Source: Myxococcota bacterium (GTDB lineage Bacteria; Myxococcota_A; UBA9042; PHBI01; JAWLBL01). Taken from it: 64,000 nucleotides of DNA. Of this stretch, positions 27,354-38,030 are shown one piece after another. The notes under the pieces are model-generated. The model was not told the origin of the DNA, ran no database searches, and saw nothing but the letters and a program-made list of their open reading frames with translations. Position numbers and translations under genes: made by a program. Positions within the stretch are counted from its first letter, which is position 1. Each line of letters starts with the position of its first letter. Location of the stretch: positions 102,761-166,760 of the forward strand of contig JAWLBL010000002.1 of NCBI GenBank assembly GCA_041687695.1. Direction: 5' to 3'.

Positions 27354-28802
27354 ATGCGCTTTCTGCACCCCGAGCGCGACGCGCTGCTCGAGCTCGCGCT
27401 CGACGACGTCTTCATCGTCCCCGGCTACTTCGAGGGCGGCTCGCGCCTGGACGTCTCGCTGACGCCCGGCGACTTCGCGGGCGGCTCGCACCCGGTCGTG
27501 TCGGCCAACATGAACGCGGTGACCGGCAAGCGCATGGCCGAGACCATGGCCCGCTACGGCGGCCTGGGCGTCCTGCCGCAGGACATGGATCTGCCGACGG
27601 TCGACCGCATCGTCCGGCACATCAAGCAGGCCGACCCGCGCTTCGACACGCCGCTGCTGGTGACGCCCGACGCCACGCTGCGCGACGTGCAGGGCATCAT
27701 CCGCAAGCGGTCGCACGGGCTGGTGGTGGTTACTGACGACGACGGCAAGCTGCTGGGCGTGGTGACGCAGTCGGACCTGCGCGACCGCGACCAGTACACG
27801 CGCGTCGACCGGCTGATGTCGCGCACGCTGGTGACCCTGACGCCGGGGACGTCGAACCGCGACGCCTTCGTGCAGTTCGAGCAGCAGCGCGTGCGGGCGG
27901 CGCCGGTGGTCGACGGGACCGGGCGGGTGGTCGGCGTGCTGACGCGGGACGACGCCGTGAGGCTGGATCTGCTGCGGCCGTCGCTGGACGCCAGCGGGCG
28001 GCTGATGGTCGCGGCGGCGCTGGGCATCTCGGCGGACGCGGGGCGCACGGCGGCGGCGTTGGTCGAGATCGGCGTCGACACGCTGGTGCTGGACACGGCG
28101 CACGGGCACCAGCGGCGCATGCTCGAGGCCATCCGGGCGGTGCGCGACGCCGTGGGGCCGGCCATCCCGCTGGTCGCCGGCAACGTCTGCACGCCCGAGG
28201 GCACGCGGGCGCTCATCGAGGCGGGCGCGGACGTGGTCAAGGTCAACGTCGGGCCGGGCGCGATGTGCACGACGCGCATGCAGACCGGGGCGGGGCGGCC
28301 GACGTTCTCGTCGGCGCTGCACTGCGCGCGGCAGGCGCGGGCGCTGGGCAAGCACATCTGGGCGGACGGCGGCGTGCGGGCGCCGCGCGACGTGGCGCTG
28401 TACCTGGCGGCCGGGGCGGCGCGGGTGATGGTGGGGACCTGGCTGGCCGGGACCTGGGAGAGCCCCGGCGACATCAAGGAGGACCGCGAGGGGCACCTGT
28501 ACAAGGAGAACTACGGGATGGCCTCGGCCCGAGCGGTCGGCGAGCGCACGGCCGACCTGGACCCCTTCGAGCGGGCCAAGAAGGGCTTCTTCCGCGAGGG
28601 CATCTCGACTTCGCGCATCTACATGCGCGAGGGGCGCGAGTCCGTCGGCGCCATCCTGGTCGAGATCATCACCGGGCTGCAGTCGTCGTTCACCTACGCG
28701 GGGGCGCTGGACGTCGAGTCCTTCCACGAGCGCGCGGTCATCGGCGTGCAGACCGCCTCGGCCTACGCCGAAGGGCAGCCCCACGGCAAGATCCGCCGCT
28801 GA
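27354..28802 (+). CDS. guaB1: GuaB1-family IMPDH/GMP reductase with CBS pair
   Basis: ANMNAVTGKRMAETMAR, DTAHGHQ, VGPGAMCTTRM, WADGGVR and YGMAS motifs. Confidence 0.88.
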   Translation: MRFLHPERDALLELALDDVFIVPGYFEGGSRLDVSLTPGDFAGGSHPVVSANMNAVTGKRMAETMARYGGLGVLPQDMDLPTVDRIVRHIKQADPRFDTPLLVTPDATLRDVQGIIRKRSHGLVVVTDDDGKLLGVVTQSDLRDRDQYTRVDRLMSRTLVTLTPGTSNRDAFVQFEQQRVRAAPVVDGTGRVVGVLTRDDAVRLDLLRPSLDASGRLMVAAALGISADAGRTAAALVEIGVDTLVLDTAHGHQRRMLEAIRAVRDAVGPAIPLVAGNVCTPEGTRALIEAGADVVKVNVGPGAMCTTRMQTGAGRPTFSSALHCARQARALGKHIWADGGVRAPRDVALYLAAGAARVMVGTWLAGTWESPGDIKEDREGHLYKENYGMASARAVGERTADLDPFERAKKGFFREGISTSRIYMREGRESVGAILVEIITGLQSSFTYAGALDVESFHERAVIGVQTASAYAEGQPHGKIRR

Positions 28803-28806
28803 GCCA

Positions 28807-29742
28807 TCAGACCCGCTCGACCTTCACCTGGGCCAGCAGCCGCTCGGCGTCCTCGGGCCGGCACAGCTCGGTGCCGGGGGTCAGCAGCGCGGCGGTCCCG
28901 CTGGCGACGGCGCGCGCGAAGGCCCGCTCGAGCGGCTCGCCGCGCGTGACGCCCGTCACGAGGCCCGCGGTGAAGCTGTCGCCCGCGCCGACCGCGCTGC
29001 GCACCTCGACCGGCGGCGGCGCGGCCACCAGCTGCGTCTCGGCGTTGGTCAGCAGCGCCCCCTCGGCGCCCAGGCTGACCACGAGCACCTCGACGCGCCC
29101 GGAGGCCACCAGGGCCCGCGCCGCCTCGGCCACCGCGCGCCCATCGGGCACCGCCCGCCCCGTCAGCTCCTCGAGCTCGCGCCGGTTCGGCTTGGCCAGC
29201 CACAAGCCGCGCTCCAGCGCCATCCTCAGCGCCGGCCCCGACGTGTCGACCACATACCTAGCGCCCTGCTCGGCCACCACGTCCGCCAACCGCGCATAGT
29301 ACCCGTCGTCCACCCCGGGCGGCAGGCTGCCGCTGGCCACCACGAAGCCGCCGGGCTCGATCTCGCGCGCCACCTCCATGCAGGCCTGGGCCGCCGCGGC
29401 CTCGAGCGTCGGCCCCGACAGCACGAACCGGAACTCGTGGCCCGTGCCCCGCTCCAGGATGGTCACGCTCTCCCGCGTCAGCCCGCCGGCCGGCAGCGAC
29501 CGCCGGGCGACCCCCTCGCCGTCGAGCAGCTGCCCCAGCAGCTGCCCCGTCAGCCCGCCCGAAGGGTAGACCGCGACGCACGGCACCCCGAACCGCGTCA
29601 GCACCCGCGCTACGTTCACCCCCCCGCCGCCTGGGTCGAACCGCGCGTTCTCGCACCGGATCTTGTGCTCGTGGACGACCTCCTCGGCCTCGGCCGACAG
29701 GTCCAGCGCGGGGTTCAGGGTCAACGTGACGGTGCGAGGCAT
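28807..29742 (-). CDS. pfkB: 1-phosphofructokinase-family hexose kinase (PfkB)
   Basis: TLTLNPALD, PGGGGVNVAR, SGSLPPG, KPNRREL and VGAGDSF motifs. Confidence 0.9.
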   Translation of the reverse strand: MPRTVTLTLNPALDLSAEAEEVVHEHKIRCENARFDPGGGGVNVARVLTRFGVPCVAVYPSGGLTGQLLGQLLDGEGVARRSLPAGGLTRESVTILERGTGHEFRFVLSGPTLEAAAAQACMEVAREIEPGGFVVASGSLPPGVDDGYYARLADVVAEQGARYVVDTSGPALRMALERGLWLAKPNRRELEELTGRAVPDGRAVAEAARALVASGRVEVLVVSLGAEGALLTNAETQLVAAPPPVEVRSAVGAGDSFTAGLVTGVTRGEPLERAFARAVASGTAALLTPGTELCRPEDAERLLAQVKVERV

Positions 29743-29774
29743 GCCGGTCAGCATTCGCCTCCCTTCCCCGCCGG

Positions 29775-30823
29775 TCAACGCCAGGGTCGCGACGACGGGC
29801 CCCCAGCCCGGCCCTCACCGCCCCGGGGCGGAGCGCCCCCCGCCCAACGCGCCCCCATCTTCCGCGCCACGAACCCACGCCCCAGCTCGTCCCGCGCCAG
29901 AAACTGGTTGTGCGCCTGACAGACGACCCGGACGTTGCCGACCGAGTGCACGCCGCCCTTCGCAAAGGCCTCGACGTGATGCAGCTCCAGCCGCCGCGTC
30001 TCGGTACACCGCCCGCCCGGCCCGACGAAGGTGCACCGCAGCCCATCCCGAGCGATCACCGCCCGCCTGACCTCGACTGGAATGGCCCGCCCTCGTCCAG
30101 CCGGACCCGTGTCCGGCTCATCGGCCGGGCCATCTCGGTCCGCCAGGGCCACGCTCTCGGCCGTTTCCTCGACCGACTCTCCGGCCGCGGCGCCCCGCTC
30201 GTCCGCCTCCCGGGTCGCGCCTTCGACCGACGCTCCGGCCATGGTGCCCCGCTCGTCCGCTTCCCGCGTGGACTTCTTCGCCTTCCTCGCCTTCGGCCTG
30301 GCCCCCACCCCGAACCGCTGCTTCTTCTTCGCGGCCAAAAAGACGTCCAGCGCCATCTCAAGCAGGGTCTCGTAGTCCCCCGACGCGACCTGATGCCCGG
30401 CGATCGCCATCGCCTCCTCCAGCTTGGCGGCGACCCGAGCACCGACGGTCACTTGCACCCGATACCGAGCCTCCGAGAGCGGCTCGACCCGGTGCTCCAC
30501 CTTCGGCCGCTCCAGCCTCAGCTCGTTCGGCCCCGCCTTGTCCTCAGCCGTGACCTGCTTCGCTGCCTTGGCTGCTCCGCCCCGGGACGGCGGCAGCTTG
30601 AACACCCGCGCCGGCACATCCGGCCGCGGCGACCACCGAGCCACCAGCTCGGCCAGCTCCCGCTTGCTCTTCCCGGCGGCCTCGGCCAGCCGCTCGCCGA
30701 CGTTCCGCTCGTCCAGATGCGGCCCGATGACCCTCATCCCGCTCAAGCTCAGCCGCCCGTCGGCCAGCATCGCCCCCATCTGCGGCCACCGCCGCACCCA
30801 CCCAACGGCTTTCACATAGTTGT
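29775..30823 (-). pseudogene. 5'-truncated second copy of the HNH endonuclease (lacks about the first 70 codons)
   Basis: Aligns with 7251-8504 from NYVKAVGWVRRW onward; HNH motif intact; fused directly to the motif array with no RBS. Confidence 0.8.
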
Positions 30824-30826
30824 TCT

Positions 30827-31113
30827 ACCGCCCCGGGACGGCAACCCGCCCTGGGACCTCCGCCCCGGGACCGCGTCCCGCCTCTGGGATTTCCGCCCCG
30901 GAACGACGACGCGCCCCCGAGGGAGTTCCGTCCCGGGACAACGGCCTTGGGAGTCCCGTCCCGGGACGACGCCCGCTCGTCCTGTCGCCCCGGAACTCCG
31001 ACCAGCGCTCCCGCCCCAGCGCTCCCGTCCCGGGACGACGCCCGCTCGTCCTGTCGCCCCGGAACTCCGACCAGCGCTCCCGCCCCAGCGCTCCCGCCCC
31101 GGGACGACGACCC
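30827..31113 (-). repeat. Degenerate array of the CGYCCCGGGRCG motif (about 9-11 copies, includes a 69-bp duplication)
   Basis: CCGCCCCGGGAC/CCGTCCCGGGAC-like motifs at ~30828, 30860, 30893, 30928, 30956, 31025 and 31094; the block at 30954 repeats at 31023. Confidence 0.85.
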
Positions 31114-31137
31114 GCCCACCCACGCCCCGCACCCACG

Positions 31138-31395
31138 ATAACCCCAGACTATCACGCCCCACCTGCCGCACCCCCTCCCACGCCAGCAGCCCAGCGACCC
31201 AGTCCGCGTCGCGGGCCGCGCCGCGGCCCGGACGCCCCCACGGGGGCTGCGCCCCCGCGCCCCGCTATGAAGGCCACCCAGCCGCAGCGAAGGCCGGGGT
31301 CAAGGGCTTTGTCGTCCGCGAGGAATTGGCCGGCCGCCAGGTCGGCCAAGGGGGACAAAGCCCTTGATGCCGGCCGTAGCGGAGGCTACCCGCGC
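31138..31395. ncRNA. Candidate structured non-coding element, copy 2
   Basis: Stem TCAAGGGCTTTGTC (31300-31313) / GACAAAGCCCTTGA (31354-31367); 19-bp box at 31138-31156 is the exact reverse complement of 6571-6589. Confidence 0.45.
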
Positions 31396-32113
31396 CTCGT
31401 CCCATCTCTCGCGGTCGATAGCGCCGACGTGGCCGGCGCGCTCCACAGCGCCTTGGGCGCGAACGACACCCATGTCCGCCACCCGTCCCCCGCTATCCGC
31501 AGCTCCTCTCATCTCTCGCGCTCGATAGCGCCGGCGTGGCCGGCGCGCTCCACAGCGCCTTGGGCGCGAACGACACCCATGTCCGCCACCCGTCCCCCGC
31601 TACCCGCACCTCGTCCCATCTCTCGCGCTCGATAGCGCCGGCGTGGCCGGCGCGCTCCACAGCGCCTTGGGCGCGAACGACACCCATGTCCGCCACCCGT
31701 CCCCCGCTATCCGCAGCTCCTCTCATCTCTCGCGCTCGATAGCGCCGGCGTGGCCGGCGCGCTCCACAGCGCCTTGGGCGCGAACGACACCCATGTCCGC
31801 CACCCGTCCCCCGCTACCCGCACCTCGTCCCATCTCTCGCGCTCGATAGCGCCGGCGTGGCCGGCGCGCTCCACAGCGCCTTGGGCGCGAACGACACCCA
31901 TGTCCGCCACCCGTCCCCCGCTATCCGCAGCTCCTCTCATCTCTCGCGGTCGATAGCGCCGGCGTGGCCGGCGCGCTCCACAGCGCCTTCGGCGCGAACG
32001 ACACCCATGTCCGCCAACCGTCTCCCGCTACCCGCAGCTGGTCCCATCTCTCGCGGTCGATAGCGCCGGCGTGGCCGGCGCGCTCCACAGCGCCTTCGGC
32101 GCGAACGACACCC
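31385..32113. repeat. 107-bp tandem repeat, 7 units (last partial), alternating A/B variants
   Basis: Units start at 31385, 31492, 31599, 31706, 31813, 31920 and 32027; CTCCACAGCG recurs every 107 bp. Confidence 0.97.
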
Positions 32114-32384
32114 AACCCATCCAGCCCACCCACCCCCACCCATTCCTGTCCCGCCCACCTCACACCAACCCATCCTATCCCGCCCACCTCACCCCACCTC
32201 ACCCCACCTCACCCCGCCCACCCCAGCCCATCCACCCAGCCCACACCCCACCCACCCCACCCCACTCCCCCCACCCACCCAGACGTGACGCGCCACCCGC
32301 CCGGGGTTATCTTCCTCGCCCACGCGCGGCCTGCCGCTGCGCGCGAGCCGACGCGAGCTGACGCGAGCTGACGAGGAACCCACG

Positions 32385-34028
<1,644 letters not shown>

Positions 34029-34081
34029 GGGCGTCGCGAAGGGCTGGACGAGGACGCGCCCGGGCGGCTAGCTTGCCCGCC

Positions 34082-34549
34082 ATGAAGTGGTCGCGCCTCG
34101 TCCTCGCCTCGCTCCTGGCCCTGTCCGCCCCGTCCGCGCTCTCCGCCTGCGACGCCGAGGCCGAGGTCGTCGCCGTACGCGTCGCCAGCTTCGGCGCCGA
34201 CGGCGGCGTCGACATGACCACGGGCGCGGTCCAGGTGCCCGGGAACTTCGCCAACAGCGATCTGTTCGCCTCGGCCAACGGCGGCCACCTCAAGCTCGCC
34301 ACCGGCAGCGACAAGCCGACCACGAACCGGCCCGTGAACTGGTTCATCGGCGCCGGCGGCGTGGCCGCGACCTTCGCGGGCTTGGATGACGTGCCGGACG
34401 ACAGACCCGACGCCGCGACCACCCAGGCCCTGCCCCACGCCAAGACCGGCAACGGCTTCGTCCTGATGACCAGCCGCGGCACCTGGTTCAAGGGCTTCAT
34501 CCGCGAGGCCACGGCCACGCAGATCACCGTCGAGTACGGCCCGCTTTAG
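34082..34549 (+). CDS. Small lipoprotein, unknown function
   Basis: MKWSRLVL...LSAC lipobox; beta-rich body. Confidence 0.75.
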   Translation: MKWSRLVLASLLALSAPSALSACDAEAEVVAVRVASFGADGGVDMTTGAVQVPGNFANSDLFASANGGHLKLATGSDKPTTNRPVNWFIGAGGVAATFAGLDDVPDDRPDAATTQALPHAKTGNGFVLMTSRGTWFKGFIREATATQITVEYGPL

Positions 34550-35009
34550 GCCGCTCGCGCGGCGCTCCCTCGCGCTCGGCCTCCCCGGCGGTGTCGCGGA
34601 AGGCCGCCTCGGCGTCCTCGGCGCGCCAGTCCTCGGCCCGATGGCCGTCTCGCGGCGCCGCGAAGTACAGCCGCAGCGGGTCCAGGTAGTACTCGTGCCA
34701 GCCGCGCTCGGCCCGCTGGCGGCCGCCGCTGGGCACGTCGGAGTGCCGCAGCGTCACCCGCGTGCCGCCCGCGATGGCGTCCAGGACGACCTCGACGCGC
34801 GACTCGGGCGCGTCCTCGGGGAACCCGACGGTGTGCCAGGCCTGCACGATGCGGCGCCCCGGCTCGAGGGCCAGCGGCCGCCCACGTCCGAACCCCTCGG
34901 CCGGCGGGTTGTCGCGCAGCGCCGGGTGTCGGTCGGGGTCGAGCCACGCCTCGTACACCTCTTCGGGCGTCGCAGGCAGGTCTCCCCACAGCTCGTAGTC
35001 TTGATCCAC
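34524..35009 (-). CDS. SRPBCC/AHSA1-like domain protein
   Basis: PEEVYEAWLD, LEPGRRIVQAW, GTRVTLRH and GWHEYY motifs; RBS GAGGAGG before the GTG at 35009. Confidence 0.8.
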   Translation of the reverse strand: MDQDYELWGDLPATPEEVYEAWLDPDRHPALRDNPPAEGFGRGRPLALEPGRRIVQAWHTVGFPEDAPESRVEVVLDAIAGGTRVTLRHSDVPSGGRQRAERGWHEYYLDPLRLYFAAPRDGHRAEDWRAEDAEAAFRDTAGEAEREGAPRERPKAGRTRR

Positions 35010-35133
35010 GTCGGCCTCCTCTGCCCAGGCAACGGTCCCCGATGGGCGCGGCGCCCCCCCGACGAGGGGCGCCATCCATGCCCAACGAGATCAGTAACCC
35101 CGCGAGCCAAAAGGCCAACGCTGCTCGCGTCGG

Positions 35134-36132
35134 TCAGGCGCCGGCGCCACGCAGCCGGTCGAGCACCTGGCGCGCCTTGGGGCTGAGGGTCAGGCGGATG
35201 AAGTCGTGCAGATCCATCTGATCGCCTGGCGGCAGCTCCTCGCGCTCGAGCGCGCGCGACAGATCCCGCAGCATCACCCGGACCCGGTCGTAGGTGCCGC
35301 CGTCGGGCAGCCCCGACAGGTCGAGCCCAGGGTGGAACCAGCGCGACTGCAGGCGGAAGCTGGACGGCCGCACGCACACGTGACGTCCGGGCGCCCACAG
35401 GGCCGGCAGCACGGTCGCCAGCTGCCAGGAGGGGCCGGCGTCGCCGCCGCCGCTCAGGGTCGCCACGAAGGCGTCGAAGCGCTCCGCGTGCTCGCCCTCG
35501 CCGTGCAGCAGCTCGCGCGCCGCGCGGACGAACGCCGAACGCGCCGCGGGGTCGAGGTCCGCGACCAGCCCCACGTCCCGCTGCGTGGTCACCAGATCGG
35601 TGCGGCCGAGCAGCTCGACCACCGACTGCCACAGCTCGTCGCCGCGGCCCTCGGCCAGCAGCGTGTCCATCCGCTCGCGCGCGAGCACCTCGCCCGCCGC
35701 GGCCAGCGCCGGCTCGCGCAGCGACTTGCGGTCGCTGTCGGCGTCGCCGCGGATCTTGGCCAGCCAGTTCGCGTCCTCGAAGCCCTCGGGGAACAGCGCC
35801 TTGAAGACCTGCACCTGCTCGGGGAAGGTCGTGACCTGCTGCCCGGACGAGCGGGCGTCCGCGATGAGCTTGCGGCGCGCCGTGGCGACGCCGTGCTTGC
35901 GCATCAGCTCGTCGTGGATGCGGGCGGCGTCCTCGCTGGGCTTGTCGACCGGCTCCATCAGCTCGAACCAGCCCTGCTTGAACGTGCGCATGCGCCCGTC
36001 CTGGAACTGGAAGGTCCGCTGCGTGCGCTCGTCCCGCGTCAGGATCGCCAGGCCCCACTCGGCCCGCTTGGCATGCACGTACAGGGTCTCACCGGCCGCC
36101 TCGACCACGTTGCTCTCGATCTCCACCGACAT
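35134..36132 (-). CDS. Hypothetical protein
   Basis: 332-aa globular ORF, RBS AGGAGG; N-terminal H...EWGL...FQDG suggests an SH3-like module. Confidence 0.8.
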   Translation of the reverse strand: MSVEIESNVVEAAGETLYVHAKRAEWGLAILTRDERTQRTFQFQDGRMRTFKQGWFELMEPVDKPSEDAARIHDELMRKHGVATARRKLIADARSSGQQVTTFPEQVQVFKALFPEGFEDANWLAKIRGDADSDRKSLREPALAAAGEVLARERMDTLLAEGRGDELWQSVVELLGRTDLVTTQRDVGLVADLDPAARSAFVRAARELLHGEGEHAERFDAFVATLSGGGDAGPSWQLATVLPALWAPGRHVCVRPSSFRLQSRWFHPGLDLSGLPDGGTYDRVRVMLRDLSRALEREELPPGDQMDLHDFIRLTLSPKARQVLDRLRGAGA

Positions 36133-36133
36133 C

Positions 36134-36331
36134 TCAGGCCTCCTTCCGGTCGCGCAGTTCGAAGACGTAGCTCTCGAGCGCGCCGTTGCGGAAGGTCATC
36201 CGCTCGCGGCCGTTGGGGTCGAGCACCTCGACGTCGCCGCGGTGGCGCCCGCTGAGGTCCTTGGCCTCGGCGATGGCCGTGGCCCGTGTGTCGTGGCCGG
36301 TGGTCTCGTCCCGGGTAATCACCTGGTACAT
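36134..36331 (-). CDS. Small hypothetical protein (65 aa)
   Basis: MYQVITRDE...; RBS AGGAG; stop abuts the next start. Confidence 0.65.
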   Translation of the reverse strand: MYQVITRDETTGHDTRATAIAEAKDLSGRHRGDVEVLDPNGRERMTFRNGALESYVFELRDRKEA

Positions 36332-36765
36332 GCACGCTCCTGGTCGGCGCGGATGTGCCACGCGGGGTGGCGCGACCGTGATCGTCGGGGCCCCACGAGG
36401 CGGCCCCCCCGCGACCGCTCGGGTCCGGGCTGAGGCCATCCGCTGGTTGCAGTGTCGCTCGAGCGGGCGCGTCGTCACGCAGGCCCCGGGCCTGCCGCGC
36501 CCAGCGACGTCGGACCACTATAGCCGCGGCGGCGGTGCGGTTCAACCTTGGCGCGGCGCAGTCTCAGGCAGCAGGCCGCTCCGGGGCCAAATGTGCTGCG
36601 ATGCAGCATGGCGCGCACCGCGCCGCCGGCGCCAATTGTTCGGGGCGGCGTGACGCGGCACTCGCGCGCGGGTATGCTCCCTGACCGGAGCCGGCGGCCA
36701 CCAGGGGACAGGCCGCTCGGCCCTCGGCACCGACCGCGGGTTCGCCCGCGCTGCGGCATGGACCC

Positions 36766-38010
36766 TTGAACCCGAGCGCCAACGACAACGGCCCCCTGCG
36801 GGTGGGCGCGATCCTCCAGGGTCGCTATCGCCTCGAGGCCGAGCTCGGCAGCGGGGCGATGGGCAGCGTCTACCGCGCCCGCACGCTCGAGGGCGCGGGG
36901 CCGGGCGCCGCCGCCCAGGTGGCCGTCAAGGTGCTGCGGCCCGAGCTCATCCACGACGCCCGCACGGTGGTGCGCTTCGAGCAGGAGGCGCGCGCCGTGG
37001 GCCGGCTGCGCCACGCGAACGTCGTGCACCTCATCGACGTCGGCCGCACGGCGGGGGGCGAGCTGTTCCTCGTCATGGAGCTGGCCGAGGGCGTGCCGCT
37101 GTCGCAGGTCATCGCGCGGGACGCGCCGCTGCCCATGCGCCGGATCATCCGCCTGGCGCGCCAGATCGCCTCGGCCCTGCGCGAAGCCCACGAGCAGGGC
37201 TTCATCCACCGCGATCTGAAGCCCGACAACATCATCGTCGGCCGCCCCGGGCAGCCCGACGAGCGCGTGAAGGTGCTGGACTTCGGCGTGGCCAAGGACA
37301 CCGGCGCGGTGGGCAGCAGCGTCACGGCCACCGGGATGGTGGTCGGCACCCCGGGCTACATGTCGCCCGAGCAGGCCAACGCCAAGCCGGTCACGGCCAA
37401 GGCGGACCTGTACGCCTTCGGCGCCATCGTCTACGAGCTGCTGTGCGGCCGGCCGGTCTTCCCGGCCGAGACGGTCATCGAGAGCATGATCGCCCACGTC
37501 CACCAGACGCCCGAGCTGCCCTCCGTGCGCGGGCGGCGCCTGGACGGGCCCATGGTCGAGCTGGTCATGCGGTGCCTCGAGAAGGGGCCCGAGGCGCGGC
37601 CCGACAGCGCCGACGCCATCCTTGGCGTGCTGGACGACTGCGAGGCGCGGCTCATCATCGACGAGAGCTTGGGGCGCTCGGCCGAGGTGGCCCTGCACGG
37701 GGCCGAGACGATCCCGCCGGGCACCCTCCCCCGCCCGAACGCGCGGTCCGAGGCGGCCATCGACCCGCTCGCCAAGACCATCCCGCCCGACGGGCTCGGC
37801 CTCATGAACGCGCAGGTCATGGCGACGGTGGTCGCGCCGATCAAGGTACCCACGCCGCCGCGCGCCGGGACGCCGCCGGCCACGCCGCAGGCCTCGACGC
37901 CCGCGCCGGCGCCGGGGCGCCGTCGCCAACGCATCCCCTGGGGCGCGGTGGTGGCGGGGCTGGCCTTCGCCGGGCTGCTCGTGGCCGCGCTGACCCTGGC
38001 CGGGGTCTGA
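36766..38010 (+). CDS. Hanks-type Ser/Thr protein kinase with C-terminal membrane anchor
   Basis: GSGAMG, VAVK, HRDLKPDN, DFG and GTPGYMSPEQ motifs. Confidence 0.95.
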   Translation: MNPSANDNGPLRVGAILQGRYRLEAELGSGAMGSVYRARTLEGAGPGAAAQVAVKVLRPELIHDARTVVRFEQEARAVGRLRHANVVHLIDVGRTAGGELFLVMELAEGVPLSQVIARDAPLPMRRIIRLARQIASALREAHEQGFIHRDLKPDNIIVGRPGQPDERVKVLDFGVAKDTGAVGSSVTATGMVVGTPGYMSPEQANAKPVTAKADLYAFGAIVYELLCGRPVFPAETVIESMIAHVHQTPELPSVRGRRLDGPMVELVMRCLEKGPEARPDSADAILGVLDDCEARLIIDESLGRSAEVALHGAETIPPGTLPRPNARSEAAIDPLAKTIPPDGLGLMNAQVMATVVAPIKVPTPPRAGTPPATPQASTPAPAPGRRRQRIPWGAVVAGLAFAGLLVAALTLAGV

Positions 38011-38030
38011 GGCCAGACGAACGGACGCGA

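Larger units (their letters stand above)
29818..32280 (-). mobile_element. Putative HNH-endonuclease repeat element, copy 2 (internally deleted, distal unit amplified)
   Basis: Same order of modules as copy 1 on the opposite strand. Confidence 0.6.

Noticed and set aside
25683..28802. 1039-aa fusion upstream of guaB1
   Set aside because: The N-terminal part is an alternate frame of the lipoprotein gene; GuaB1 begins at 27354.
31385..32113. CRISPR array or repeated small ORFs (68-77 aa)
   Set aside because: Whole units are near-identical with no spacers. The 107-bp period is not a multiple of 3, so the ORFs are by-products of the repeat.
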